A stretch of DNA of 63,966 nt, counting the filler, from Actinomycetota bacterium (GTDB lineage Bacteria; Actinomycetota; CADDZG01; JAHWKV01; JAOPZY01): the NCBI GenBank assembly GCA_025963875.1. It is 6 parts of 6 records of this genome, joined end to end, with 100 filler letters (N's around TTAATTAATTAA, not from the genome) between each part and the next. Parts side by side here need not be neighbours in the genome. Positions count along the whole stretch, not along the records: positions 20,239 to 43,384 come from JAOPZY010000030.1; positions 43,485 to 52,334 come from JAOPZY010000074.1; 4 more parts are not named here. The stretch is one strand, 5' to 3'. The notes under the pieces are model-generated. The model saw nothing but the letters and a program-made list of their open reading frames with translations. It made no database searches and was not told the origin of the DNA. Shown one piece after another: positions 33,764-43,531 of the stretch. Position 1 is the first letter of the stretch, and every line of letters starts with the position of its first letter. The position numbers were made by a program, and so were the translations under genes.

Positions 33764-34231
33764 TCAGTCGATATGCGGGTAGGTGCGGTTGAGGTAGCAG
33801 GCGATCTGGCGTCTCATAGTCGGGTGGATGTCGAGAGCATCCAGTTCATACGGGTGCGCCCAACGTACGTCGTCGGCCTCGCTGTTGGCTGCCGGGAATC
33901 CCCCCAATGGGCGGCCGAGTAGGGTCACCTCGTACTCCTGGCGCACCTCCCCGTCGGTGTAGGCAACGATGTGGGACGGATCGGAGAAGATCCCGACAAG
34001 GCCGGTGATCGCAACGTCGATGCCGGTCTCCTCCTTGGTTTCACGGATGGCGCACTCGGCGATGGTCTCGCCAAGCTCCTGCTTGCCCATCGGAAGAGCC
34101 CACTGGCCCGTATCCCGACGGCGCTGGAGAAGGATCTCACCCCGTTCGTTCACGGCGAGCACACCGGATGCGGGAACGAGGCTGTTCGGGGCCGGCGCCT
34201 CGGGATCGTGCCAGTACTCCCGTCGCCCCAC
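33764..34231 (-). CDS. Nudix hydrolase
   Basis: Nudix box GKQELGETIAECAIRETKEETG, with N-terminal EYWHDPEAPAPNSLVP. Confidence 0.92.
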   Translation of the reverse strand: MGRREYWHDPEAPAPNSLVPASGVLAVNERGEILLQRRRDTGQWALPMGKQELGETIAECAIRETKEETGIDVAITGLVGIFSDPSHIVAYTDGEVRQEYEVTLLGRPLGGFPAANSEADDVRWAHPYELDALDIHPTMRRQIACYLNRTYPHID

Positions 34232-34236
34232 GGCGA

Positions 34237-34992
34237 TTAGACCGTCTCGCCGAGCCAGGGCTGGGCGGTCTCCCAGACACGCTCGAAGCTTGTCGAGTAG
34301 TGGTGGAAGAGCGTGCCGCCGTCCAGCCGACGCAGGTGGAACGCAGGATTCAGGCTGGCCGGTGCGCCCCAGACGTGGGGATTGAAGATCATCTCGTCGT
34401 CGTAGCGGAACACGCTTGCGTACAACGTGGTCCCGTGCAGCCTGATCTCGCACCCATCGGCGGCCGCCAGTTCCCGGTAGTACACGAGCGAGGCCCGGAT
34501 CTTGGCCCCCAGCGTGCCCCCCAGCCCCTCCTCCGAGTCGCGGATCGCCACCGCCCGGCTGTTCGGTTCGCCGAAGCACAAGCGCACGTGTACACCGGCG
34601 GCCAGGCGCTCGGTGAGCATGCGGGCGATGCGGGGCTGAGTCTGAGCGTAGAAGGTGCCGGAGAAGACGAGTACATCGATGTGCTCCAGGGCCTCGCTGA
34701 GGAGTCGCAGCCAGACCTCTCGGGGGACGGAGGCCCGGTCGGGATAGGTCTCGAGAATCTCGGATCGCGCCGTCTGTGGCGCCGAACTGTTGGCTGCGAG
34801 GAGCAAATCGGGCCACAAGTAGGTCTCGTCGACGCCGAGCTTGTGGGCGACCGTCCAGCGGTGGCGACGATGGGGGATGCGGCCAAGGCTGATCCAACGC
34901 TCGACCGACTTGGGGTCCACGGCGCAGGTCTCCGCCAACTGAGCGACCGCAAGGCCACGACGAACCATGGCCGTTCGTAGCCGCTCGTTCAT
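34237..34992 (-). CDS. XRE-family regulator with C-terminal DUF5919-like domain
   Basis: HTH VDPKSVERWIS.GRIPH, then EIRLHGTTLYASVFRYDDEM..NPH.WG. Confidence 0.85.
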   Translation of the reverse strand: MNERLRTAMVRRGLAVAQLAETCAVDPKSVERWISLGRIPHRRHRWTVAHKLGVDETYLWPDLLLAANSSAPQTARSEILETYPDRASVPREVWLRLLSEALEHIDVLVFSGTFYAQTQPRIARMLTERLAAGVHVRLCFGEPNSRAVAIRDSEEGLGGTLGAKIRASLVYYRELAAADGCEIRLHGTTLYASVFRYDDEMIFNPHVWGAPASLNPAFHLRRLDGGTLFHHYSTSFERVWETAQPWLGETV

Positions 34993-35017
34993 GGAACTTG
35001 ATGATACGCCCGCATTA

Positions 35018-35076
35018 GGACGTTTCAAGGATGTTTTGGGACGTTTTAGCCTCGCCGGGATGTCCTGGAAACGTCC
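35018..35076. promoter_or_regulatory. Phased GGA(C/T)GT(T/C) repeats, probable operator of the XRE regulator
   Basis: GGACGTTT 35018, GGATGTTT 35029, GGACGTTT 35039, GGATGTCC 35058, inverted AAACGTCC 35069. Confidence 0.55.
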
Positions 35077-35264
35077 GCCTGGGCGGTTTCGGCGTCCCCT
35101 TCAGCCATAGAAGGATTGCCCGCATGGTGCGCGTGGTCGGCGGGGCGGTGCAGGGACAGTGAGGTGCTGAGAAACTCCATGAAGCGGCCTGAAATGCCTA
35201 TCGACCCTCCCGCTTGGGCACATGCAGCGGTGTCGTCTCCCCACCTTGCGCGGCTTCTCCGCCG

Positions 35265-35477
35265 ATGACCACGCCCTGCGTGTGGCCCGCCAACTACCGG
35301 AACTCCTGTCAGCGGCCGGCCTCCCTGGGCGGGACCTGCCCGCAGCATGTGACTGCGATCCGTTGCCACGCAGGCACGCTGAACTGCGCCTGGCCAGGGT
35401 GCACCCGGCGAGCCTGGGACCGCAAGGGTCTGTGCTCGTTCCATTGGAAGGTGGCCTTCAGATTGATCGAACCGTGA
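35265..35477 (+). CDS. Small protein with two CCCH-type motifs
   Basis: CVWPANYRNSC...CPQH and CAWPGC...KGLCSFH. Confidence 0.5.
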   Translation: MTTPCVWPANYRNSCQRPASLGGTCPQHVTAIRCHAGTLNCAWPGCTRRAWDRKGLCSFHWKVAFRLIEP

Positions 35478-35482
35478 GCTCG

Positions 35483-35977
35483 CTAGGCGGCGTGCGCTTC
35501 GGAGACGACCTTGTCTTGGCGTTTGGATCGGTATTCGCGCCAGGTGAGCCATACGACGAATGCATCGAAGACCGTAAGCACGATGAGCCAGATCGAGAGC
35601 CGCGAGGTGAGCTGGTAGAGCTGATAGACGATGAAGGTGAGCAGCAAGGCAATCATCCACGGGTAGGCCCACAGCTTGTTGCGTAGGACGAGAACGACGA
35701 GGACCACCTTCGAAAGCCCGTGGGCCAACAGGTAGACCGCGGCGTACAGGGTTGCTCCACGGGACAGCTGGCTCGCGGACTGCACCAGATGGCCAGCGAT
35801 GAAATCGCTGGGGTCCTGAGCCAGCTCGCGGGCCGTCAGTGCCCGGACGATGCGGTTGATCGAGCTCGGCGACACGAGCAGGAAGAGAGTGCCGGCGACG
35901 ACTTCGAGGAGCCCGTCAAGGCCCTTGAGTGCGACAGAGATCCTGAAGGTGCGATCGAACCTCCGAGAGACGGCCAT
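35483..35977 (-). CDS. DUF2127 family membrane protein
   Basis: Motifs KGLDGLLE, DPSDFIA, YLLAHGLSK, WAYP. Confidence 0.85.
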   Translation of the reverse strand: MAVSRRFDRTFRISVALKGLDGLLEVVAGTLFLLVSPSSINRIVRALTARELAQDPSDFIAGHLVQSASQLSRGATLYAAVYLLAHGLSKVVLVVLVLRNKLWAYPWMIALLLTFIVYQLYQLTSRLSIWLIVLTVFDAFVVWLTWREYRSKRQDKVVSEAHAA

Positions 35978-36101
35978 GTCGAGCAGTGCACCTACCCATA
36001 ACCGGGTCGGGAAAAGCGCCCGATCGGTGATGTCGAACAGATGGTTCCTTGATCCGAGAGAGGCGGGGCTGTCCCGGGCAGCCTTCGTGAGAGACCTTCC
36101 C

Positions 36102-36477
36102 TCAGGAGGACGGTGAGGGCCAGCGGACGGTGACAACCGAGTCGTCGAGGGCGTGCAAGCGATGTTTGATGCCCGGCCCCACACCGCGTAGTCGCTCGGG
36201 CGAGCAAGGGTGACAAGCCCGGTATCGAGTCCAGATCGGAACGGCCGCTCACGAGCAGGCACCGGGTTGTTGCGTTCTCATCTGGGTTCAAGCCGGCCCC
36301 AGTGTCTCCTGGGGGACGGAGTCCCCACTTGATCTCCACGTCGTCGGTGGCCTGGGCATTGTCGGCTTTGACGAAGCCGCCCACGAACCAGCCCCGGTAG
36401 TCGACGGCGTCGTCCTCGGCATTCCCCACGTGCAGGGCGCCGGATGGACGACTCTTCCCTGGGATCTGTTGCCGCAT
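36102..36477 (-). pseudogene. Frameshifted small cupin-fold gene
   Basis: Pieces in three frames: VGNA...RGWFVG...VEIKWG...LVSGR, then LARPSDYAVWG, then SVVTVRWPS. Confidence 0.65.
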
Positions 36478-38194
36478 CACAGCAGCTCGGCCGGGGCTGG
36501 CGCGAGGCGACGGACACGTATTGCGGGAAGGTAGACCCGCTCCGGGAAATGTCGCTTGAGGTAGGCGAGCCCTCGACGAGCACCATGAGCCCCTCGCTGG
36601 TCCATACGTCGGGTGCCTGGATGAGCCCGCTGAGACCCCGACGTGGCGAGGCGCTCGGACCTGGAAGGGTGGAGCACCGGATGAGGTTGGCCACCTCCCA
36701 GTTCGGGCGAAAAGCCTGCTCGAACGCACGCCAGAACCTCGGGTCGTGGATGACCAGCAGGGTGCCAATCTCATAGTTGCCGGAGAAGAGGTTGACGCCC
36801 AGGCCCACGCAAAGCGCCTGGTAGGAGTCGGGCCGTTCCCGGAGCCACCGAAGCGGCTTGCTCTCGTCAACGAACCACATGGGCTCGAGATCTCGGTCGT
36901 CAACTTCGACCTCCCGGCCACCGAGGACCTCTTCGAAGAGCTCCCGGTACAGGGTGGCCGACGGAGGTACTTCCGAGGCGAGGGCCCTGGAGTGAGGGAG
37001 GACGGACGGCTGATGAAATGCCCGCGGGATGACACTGAGCAGGCCCTGGGAATCTGAGACGGAGGCGCCCCTGCGTTGGGCCAGCACGAGAAAATCGTTG
37101 TGGGGCTTGGGCCGGGCGATAGCGAGGAGGGTGAGGACGCCGCCTGAGCACACGCGGTTGTCGAAGTCTGCGAGCCCCGCACCGTCAGGGAGAACTTGCG
37201 CCCGCAAGGGCATGCGCTCCCCTGAAGCGTCGAGCAGTTCGTCGATGCTGCTGGCCTGCGCCAGGGCAGCGGTTAGTTCATCGCCAAGGAGGCCAACGCT
37301 GAGCCGGTAGTGCAGGAACGAGTCGGGCGAGAATGTCGCATCCAGTCCTCCCCGGCGCAGAGCGAGCCGACGCAGGCGGAAGATCGGGGCGTCATAGATT
37401 TCCAGACCCTTGGCCTCGATGTCACAGAGGAACCGGAGCGCCAAGGCGCGGAAGGGCTCGATGGCTCGATCGGGGCCAACGCTTGTCGTCAGCGCGCAAC
37501 GCTCGTACCGTGACGACCCGCCGAGTGCGGCGAGTGGCACGCAGATGCCCGACCATGAGGGTCGGGTGGCCAGAGCGAGGCGGACTCGCCGGTCGTTGAT
37601 TTCCACCTCGTACGGCGCGAGCCCTCCTCGGCCAAGGGAATCATCCGAGTAGTAGGCCGCAAGAACCTCTCGGCCCGTGAGGGTGGAGGGTTTCGGGTCT
37701 CGTCGGCCAACCGGCTGGTGACCGTTACCGGTTGCAAGAGCCGAGAACAACTCGTCACAGGCCTGCAGGTACTGGATGCGAAATAGCCGGGCGTACTCCC
37801 GGATGAGCTGCGGATCGAGGGTGGCGAGGTGGGCGGGACGGACCTTCGCCGCTGCCTGTCGGCGGCGGCCCGGCGGCAGTCGGGCGCTCTCGTTCTGCAG
37901 TTCCCGAAGAGCCTCTTCTCGAAGGCCGAGCAGCTCACTCCTGAGCGCTTCGGCTGCGTCGGGATCCCCCTGGGCGAAGAAGCGAGCCAGGGCGTCCAGA
38001 GCCTGCTCTCTGGGGATGTGGCGGCCGTGCTCCCATTCCCACAGCGAATGTTTGGACGTGCGCACTGCCGATGCCAGGGCAAGGCCCTTGACGGGACGCC
38101 CGAGACCCGTCTCTCGCAATTCCGCAATGCGGCGGGCGAGCGCCCCACGGCGTGAGGCGCCGCCATCGGTCTGGGGTGGGAGGGTCGGCGCCAT
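36477..38194 (-). pseudogene. XRE-HTH + Nudix-like domain protein with a frameshift near its 3' end
   Basis: HTH with WEHGRHIP, Nudix-like LYRELFEEVLG, GVNLFSGNYE. The C-terminus LAYLKRHF... is in another frame after about 36570. Confidence 0.7.
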
Positions 38195-38356
38195 ACGGAA
38201 TCTTATCGGCGGCCTCACGGACCGCACCGCCGAAACGGTCGGTTCGAAATCGAACCCGAACAACCGGCAAATGGCTCGACTGCATCCCGTTCGGTATCGA
38301 TGATCGCCCTACGACAGCCCGGGAATGGCCCGGGCTCCAGCCAAGGGGAGACCTAC

Positions 38357-38689
38357 GTGGAGTGGCCGATCGACACGTCTGCCTTTTCGTTCATGGGTTC
38401 GCTGCCGCCCGAGCCGTTGCTGGATGCCAAGACCAAGCACCAGAAAACTGGCGTGAACGGCAAGCCGCTCTATTCCATGGAGCTGATGTGCTTCTGGGAG
38501 GAGGGCGCCGAACTCTTGACCGTCAGCTTCCCAGGGGCTCCCCCGGTAGGGCTCAAGCCGGGCATGCCGGTGAAGGTGACGAGTCTGTCCCTCTCGCATT
38601 GCTCGGTCGATGCTCGGTACGGGTTGACGTTTCGGGCCGCCAAAGTTGAGCCGCTGGGCGTGGCCGGCCACGAGGGGGGTCTGGCATGA
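38357..38689 (+). CDS. Pra/SCO3933-like activator of actinomycete integrative elements
   Basis: 110 aa, IDTS...PPEP...QK...GKPLY...G.PV.V..L...G..FRA pattern. GGGGAG RBS. Confidence 0.7.
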   Translation: MEWPIDTSAFSFMGSLPPEPLLDAKTKHQKTGVNGKPLYSMELMCFWEEGAELLTVSFPGAPPVGLKPGMPVKVTSLSLSHCSVDARYGLTFRAAKVEPLGVAGHEGGLA

Positions 38690-39748
38690 GCTGCGTGGGG
38701 CGCGGATCCTGCCGGCGAACCGGTCGACGGTGGACTCCAGCGGCGCCGCCGCTGGTCCGAGGCACCGAACACGGTGCCGCTTCTCGCGGAGCTGAGGTGT
38801 GGCGAAGCCGTGGCCTTTCGCCGCCGACCATGCCTCGTGCGGGAGAAGCTCAACCGAGGCCGCCAAGCACTCTTGGAGGACTGGTTGGGCCGGGGATCCG
38901 ACTCACGATCGGTGGGCTGATTGGAGGACCGCATTGAAGCCGATGAAGCGCACAACCGCAGTTCCTGTCGATCTCGTGGGAGGACACCGGCAGGGAAGGC
39001 ACCCCGGTCACGATGCGGGCTGTGCTCTGCCTTCGGCACCGGAAGGAGATCGGACTCGAGTACCCCAGCGCCCGGGGCTGTAGCCAGCCCGGCGAAGCGT
39101 GCGACTTCTGTGAGGGCCGGAGGCCGAGAACGCTCCAGGGGGCTTCCTCGTCCTCGAAGTAGCCTCCTCGGGTCCCCTGACGGCAAAACACGACTCGGCC
39201 CGGCCGTCTTGGCGCCTGCCGACCGATAAGCCCGGGGTCGGTGACGTGCTGCAGGGGGCCCGGGGTGGCTACGTTCGAGTCGTTGGCTCCAGCTCAGCAA
39301 AGACCCGAGATCGTATGTCGTGGACTGCCCGCCGCCGATGGTGCGTGACCCCCTTCACCGTCCGCGGGGAACCCAGACTGACGTCCGGGCCATACGAGGG
39401 GGTGGCCCGGGCGGGTTGTCGGGGGAGGAGGTGGCGGCGCCATATGCGGCGAGTTCTCTGAAGCTTTTGCGCAGCCATAGCGTGCCCTGAAGGAAGACGA
39501 CAGCAATGGCGCCCTCGTCAGAGGAGCGTGGCGCGACCAAATCGCAAACGGTAACTCTGGTTGCCGGCCTAGATGATGTGGGGCTGGAGATTGAGGCCAT
39601 GACCGTCACCGTTGCGCTGCCTCCACGACCTCGGACGGCCTGCAGACAGCTTGGTGCCACTACCGTCATTCCCCAGTTAACGGGACAACGCTCAAGATAA
39701 GCCAACTGCACCCAGCAAGCTTTCCGGACTCTCGTCCCGAAGGCTTGC

Positions 39749-40795
39749 CTAGGCGCTCCGCCTGGCCCTACTCGCTCGGGTGGCTCGTACGGGCTCAACG
39801 GGCGGCTGGCGGCGACCCTTGGGTTTGGCCGCCGCGGCAGGAGCGGGAACCTTCTTAGGAGTGCCATTCGGGACCGGTGGGCGAGTGTGCCGAGCAGCGG
39901 GAGCTGTCAAGGCTCGGGCCGGAGAAGCCCCCCGCGGTGCGGTCGATCCTACGGGGACGGCGAGGACGTTCAGATAGAGCGGCTGGCTCGCCACCCCCTT
40001 GAAATTCACTGCGGCGGTGAAAGAGCGCAGCGGATACTGGGTTGTGACCACCCCTTGGCTAATGCCCTGCCCTCCGGTAAAGACACCCTGCGCTGTCGCG
40101 ATAACGCCGGCGGGAGTGATCTGGTATCCGGACGTATCTATCAGGTTGTTCTTTATGACGTCGTTGAACACCTGCGTGATCGGGATGTACCAGTTGAAGT
40201 GACCATCGCCAGGGGCCCCCAGACAAACCCTGTCGTTGAACCAAATTGCAATGTCCCCACTCACCAACACCGTTGCCGTGAACTTGATCTCGTAGGACTG
40301 ACTGTTGACCACCATGTCACATTTCAGGGAGCTTTGTGGAGGAACCGCAACCGGTGTGTTGACGGACCAAGTCTGCGTCTTGGTCAGCGTTTGGCCCTGC
40401 GTAGACGAGAAGGATAACGTTACGCTGGCCTTCGGAGCAGAGGACGCAACGTCAGGGAGACCTTCCGTAGCGCTGATCTCGACACCGACGTTCACGCCCT
40501 CGGTAATCGACCAGGTGAAGTTTTGGTCAGTCGTCTCGGTGTATTGAAATGTGTCGCTCTGCTGAAGGGTTGATCCATTGTCGTACCAGATTTCATAAGC
40601 AACATCGGAAGCACTCTTAGGCGGCGAGTTCCCGTCGTAACTCATTGACTGATAGACGGCGGAGCACTGGTACCGATGGTACGCGTCGAACTCTGAATGA
40701 TCGCCGTAGTTGGTGCTCGATGTGAAGCACGTCGTACCCGCCGCATTGGCCTTCCAGTTGCCCCAGGCATCGGTGATCTCCTGCAAACTCTTCAT
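39749..40795 (-). CDS. ETX/MTX2-family (aerolysin-fold) beta-pore-forming toxin-like protein
   Basis: Ser/Thr-rich alternating beta segment NFTWSITEGVNVGVEISATEG...SVTLSFSST, then VAVPPQS, IAIWF...HFNWYIPI, GVFTGGQG. AAAGGAG RBS. Confidence 0.78.
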   Translation of the reverse strand: MKSLQEITDAWGNWKANAAGTTCFTSSTNYGDHSEFDAYHRYQCSAVYQSMSYDGNSPPKSASDVAYEIWYDNGSTLQQSDTFQYTETTDQNFTWSITEGVNVGVEISATEGLPDVASSAPKASVTLSFSSTQGQTLTKTQTWSVNTPVAVPPQSSLKCDMVVNSQSYEIKFTATVLVSGDIAIWFNDRVCLGAPGDGHFNWYIPITQVFNDVIKNNLIDTSGYQITPAGVIATAQGVFTGGQGISQGVVTTQYPLRSFTAAVNFKGVASQPLYLNVLAVPVGSTAPRGASPARALTAPAARHTRPPVPNGTPKKVPAPAAAAKPKGRRQPPVEPVRATRASRARRSA

Positions 40796-41125
40796 ATCCC
40801 TCTCCTTTGCGTGCGAACACCAAGTCACGATTTTCGGACCGCGAACAGCTACAGCAAACGGCTACCGAAGATCGTGACTCGCGACGGGGGCGCCCTCGGA
40901 GCCGATGGTGTCTAGGTCCGAGGGCTTCACTGGCTTCTGCCTTTGGGCTAGCATCCTCCATTTGCGGCTACAGGGCTAGACTTATTTAGAGGTATTTATG
41001 CTGATTATTTAGAACTAGGTATGTCGGAGAATCGGCAGAAGCGGCACAAGGGCCCGGCCCGGCAGCTCGAGGGCCCCTCGGAGTAGGAAACGGCTTGGCA
41101 CGATCGCGTCCGCGACCGGCCGCCC

Positions 41126-41653
41126 TCAATCGTGGCGCAGCCTGCTGAACAGCACCATGTCGTGCCAGGCTCCCTCGCGGAACTGCGCTCCGCGCATCGT
41201 TCCCTCGCGGGTGAAGCCTGCCTTCTCGAGGGACCGCTGCTCCGCAAGGTTGGTGACGTCGGTGTCGGCCTCGATGCGGTTGACGGTCGTGGTCGCCAGT
41301 AGGTAGGCGGCGAGGAGGCGTTGGGCCTCCGTGCCGACCCCCCTCCCGCGGTAGGGCGGCGCGATGGTGATGCCGATGTTCCAGCAGCGAGAGGCCGGGG
41401 GCTTGCCGTGGTTGACTCCGTGCCAGCTCACGCAGCCCACCGGCGTGCCATCGGGCAATGTCACCATCAGGCTGCCATCGTCGGCTCCGAGGAAGCCATC
41501 GCGGTCCAGCCGCTGCCGCAGGTCTTGGGCCCCAAGGTAGCCCGTCCAGTTGTAGGGAGCGCTGTTCTCGGGCCGACGCAGCTCCTCCAGGAAGGACAAG
41601 TGCTCCTCCCGCACCGGCCGCAGCAACTCCCACAAGCCTGTCTTGTCGCCCAC
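41126..41653 (-). CDS. GNAT acetyltransferase (RimJ/RimL type)
   Basis: Motifs RGRGVGT, N.AEQRSLEKAGFTREG. Confidence 0.9.
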   Translation of the reverse strand: MGDKTGLWELLRPVREEHLSFLEELRRPENSAPYNWTGYLGAQDLRQRLDRDGFLGADDGSLMVTLPDGTPVGCVSWHGVNHGKPPASRCWNIGITIAPPYRGRGVGTEAQRLLAAYLLATTTVNRIEADTDVTNLAEQRSLEKAGFTREGTMRGAQFREGAWHDMVLFSRLRHD

Positions 41654-42032
41654 GATGACTGATTATCGGCCAGGGTCAGAAACCGTGGCACGTTTGAGCC
41701 GCCTTGTTCCTTTGCTTCGTGGCGCTGCTGGGTCGAAGCAGCGAGCGCCAACACGGAGCCTCCGCCGCCGGCGCCCAGGCTCGATGTGGCCTGGTGCGCT
41801 ATCCCTGTGAGGCACTGAGGCAGAGCACCTACGTCGGCACGACGGACGGCAAGATCACCCGGGTCTACTCGCCTTCTTCCCCCGCCTGCGGCGCGTGACA
41901 TGGAGAGTGGCCCACCGGCGCAACAGGGGAGGCGTAACCATGCCCAACGGCCTCTGCTCCTACCCTCCAAGTCCCCGGTAACGTCTTGATGGATCGTGGG
42001 GGCCCCTCTTCATACAGGAGATCCCACGGGTT

Positions 42033-43217
42033 TCAATTCCTCCTCCTCAGCGCACCGCCGACCGATGCCGCAATGCCCGCGAACATCAGTCCCACGGCAA
42101 CCCACAACCACTCGGTGGTGTTCTGCCCCGTGACGGGGAGCACCCGCACGAAGCGGTTGCCAAGAACAGACGGCGTCGGCTCCGGCGCGGGCGTGAGAGG
42201 AGAAGTCGGGGTCGGGGTGGGGGTCTGGCCCGGAAACAGCGCCCCCAGGATCGGGAGGGCGGGGACCAGTTCCCAGTCGACAGTCCCGGTGTTGGAGGAG
42301 AAGCTTCCCCCGGAAGCGTTGCTGACCGAGGCCTGCACGGTGTCCTTTCCGAGCGCCGCCCCCTTGTACGTGAAGACGGCATTGCCATTGGCGTCGGTTG
42401 TTGCGGTTCCGGTCACGCCGGCATTGGGGCCGGTCAGGACCTTGAAATCGACGCCGACGTTCGGCAGCGGCGAGCCGCCGGCATCGAGCACTGTGGACGT
42501 GACTACGGCAGTCGAGCCCAGGCCCTGAGTCTGGCTCGCGGGGGTCAGAGTCATCGAACCGCCCTCCGTGCCGATCCCGGCCCCGCCGATCGTGCGCCAC
42601 TGCAGCGACTCATTCGGCTTGCAGCTTGCCGAGTCGAACCCGCCGGTGTCCAGCACATGACCCGTGTCGAGGAGGCTGGTCGGGGCACCGGCAATGGTCA
42701 CGCTGACCTTCGGGACCCGCTTGTCGCTCGAGGGGGCCGCCGTCGGGCAGCTCTCGAGGGGGAAGTCGCTCGTGTCGAAGTTGAACTCGCTGGTCTGCGT
42801 CAGGATGGCGGACCCGTGAGCTGGAATGGTAAACGAGCCCCAGGGGTTGAACACGGGGCCGGGGCGCTGGAGATCGACGCTGACGCCGTCGACAGCCAGC
42901 GGGATGCCGGTAGGGTTATCCAGACGGATCGCGCCGGCATCGACGCTGTTCCCACCTCCAATGAACACGGTGTTCGGCGCGCCCTTCCACGGGGTGGGAA
43001 AGAAGCCGCTGGGTCGCAGGCTATCGGCGTAGGCTACGAAGACATTGACGCTGGTTGCCGCGTACGCGGGAGGGCTGGTCACGATGCCCGTGCTGCCCAA
43101 GAGTGACGCGAGAAAGATCAGGCTCACCGCCAGGCGGGAGACGCTCCGCCTACTGCGGACGTTCGGTGTCGGGGCCCTTGGACATGCAATCGATCTTGTG
43201 AACCTCTGTTGCGACAT
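42033..43217 (-). CDS. LPXTG-anchored surface protein with Big_1 Ig-like domain
   Basis: Signal peptide, VDFKVLTGPNAG..TTDANGNA.FTY, PT linker, LPVTG + TM + RRRN. Confidence 0.85.
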   Translation of the reverse strand: MSQQRFTRSIACPRAPTPNVRSRRSVSRLAVSLIFLASLLGSTGIVTSPPAYAATSVNVFVAYADSLRPSGFFPTPWKGAPNTVFIGGGNSVDAGAIRLDNPTGIPLAVDGVSVDLQRPGPVFNPWGSFTIPAHGSAILTQTSEFNFDTSDFPLESCPTAAPSSDKRVPKVSVTIAGAPTSLLDTGHVLDTGGFDSASCKPNESLQWRTIGGAGIGTEGGSMTLTPASQTQGLGSTAVVTSTVLDAGGSPLPNVGVDFKVLTGPNAGVTGTATTDANGNAVFTYKGAALGKDTVQASVSNASGGSFSSNTGTVDWELVPALPILGALFPGQTPTPTPTSPLTPAPEPTPSVLGNRFVRVLPVTGQNTTEWLWVAVGLMFAGIAASVGGALRRRN

Positions 43218-43531
43218 GGGACTTCTCCTTTTTCCCGCGATGAGTCAATGCCTGGTGCAGTTGTCCTCTGCCTACAGAAACGGACCACTGGTGGGCAAAC
43301 CCCACTGAGAGCGGGCAAAAAAATCAGAGGGGTCGTCCGTACCGCCCAGGCTGCTGGAATCAGAGACGTCAGCCGCTCCCTTCCNNNNNNNNNNNNNNNN
43401 NNNNNNNNNNNNNNNNNNNNNNNNNNNNTTAATTAATTAANNNNNNNNNNNNNNNNNNNNNNNNNNNNNNNNNNNNNNNNNNNNGAGGGTTGACCCGCCC
43501 AGAAATTGGAAACAAACTTGGGCGGATAGCC

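Larger units (their letters stand above)
33345..41100. mobile_element. Decaying integrative-element (AICE-like) island, boundaries approximate
   Basis: XRE+Nudix module, Pra-like gene, frameshifted genes, non-coding debris at 38700-39700 and visibly lower GC. No integrase, rep or FtsK gene and no att site found. Confidence 0.55.

Noticed and set aside
38690..39740. Short ORFs downstream of the Pra-like gene
   Set aside because: No motifs and no consistent coding signal. Treated as decayed island sequence.
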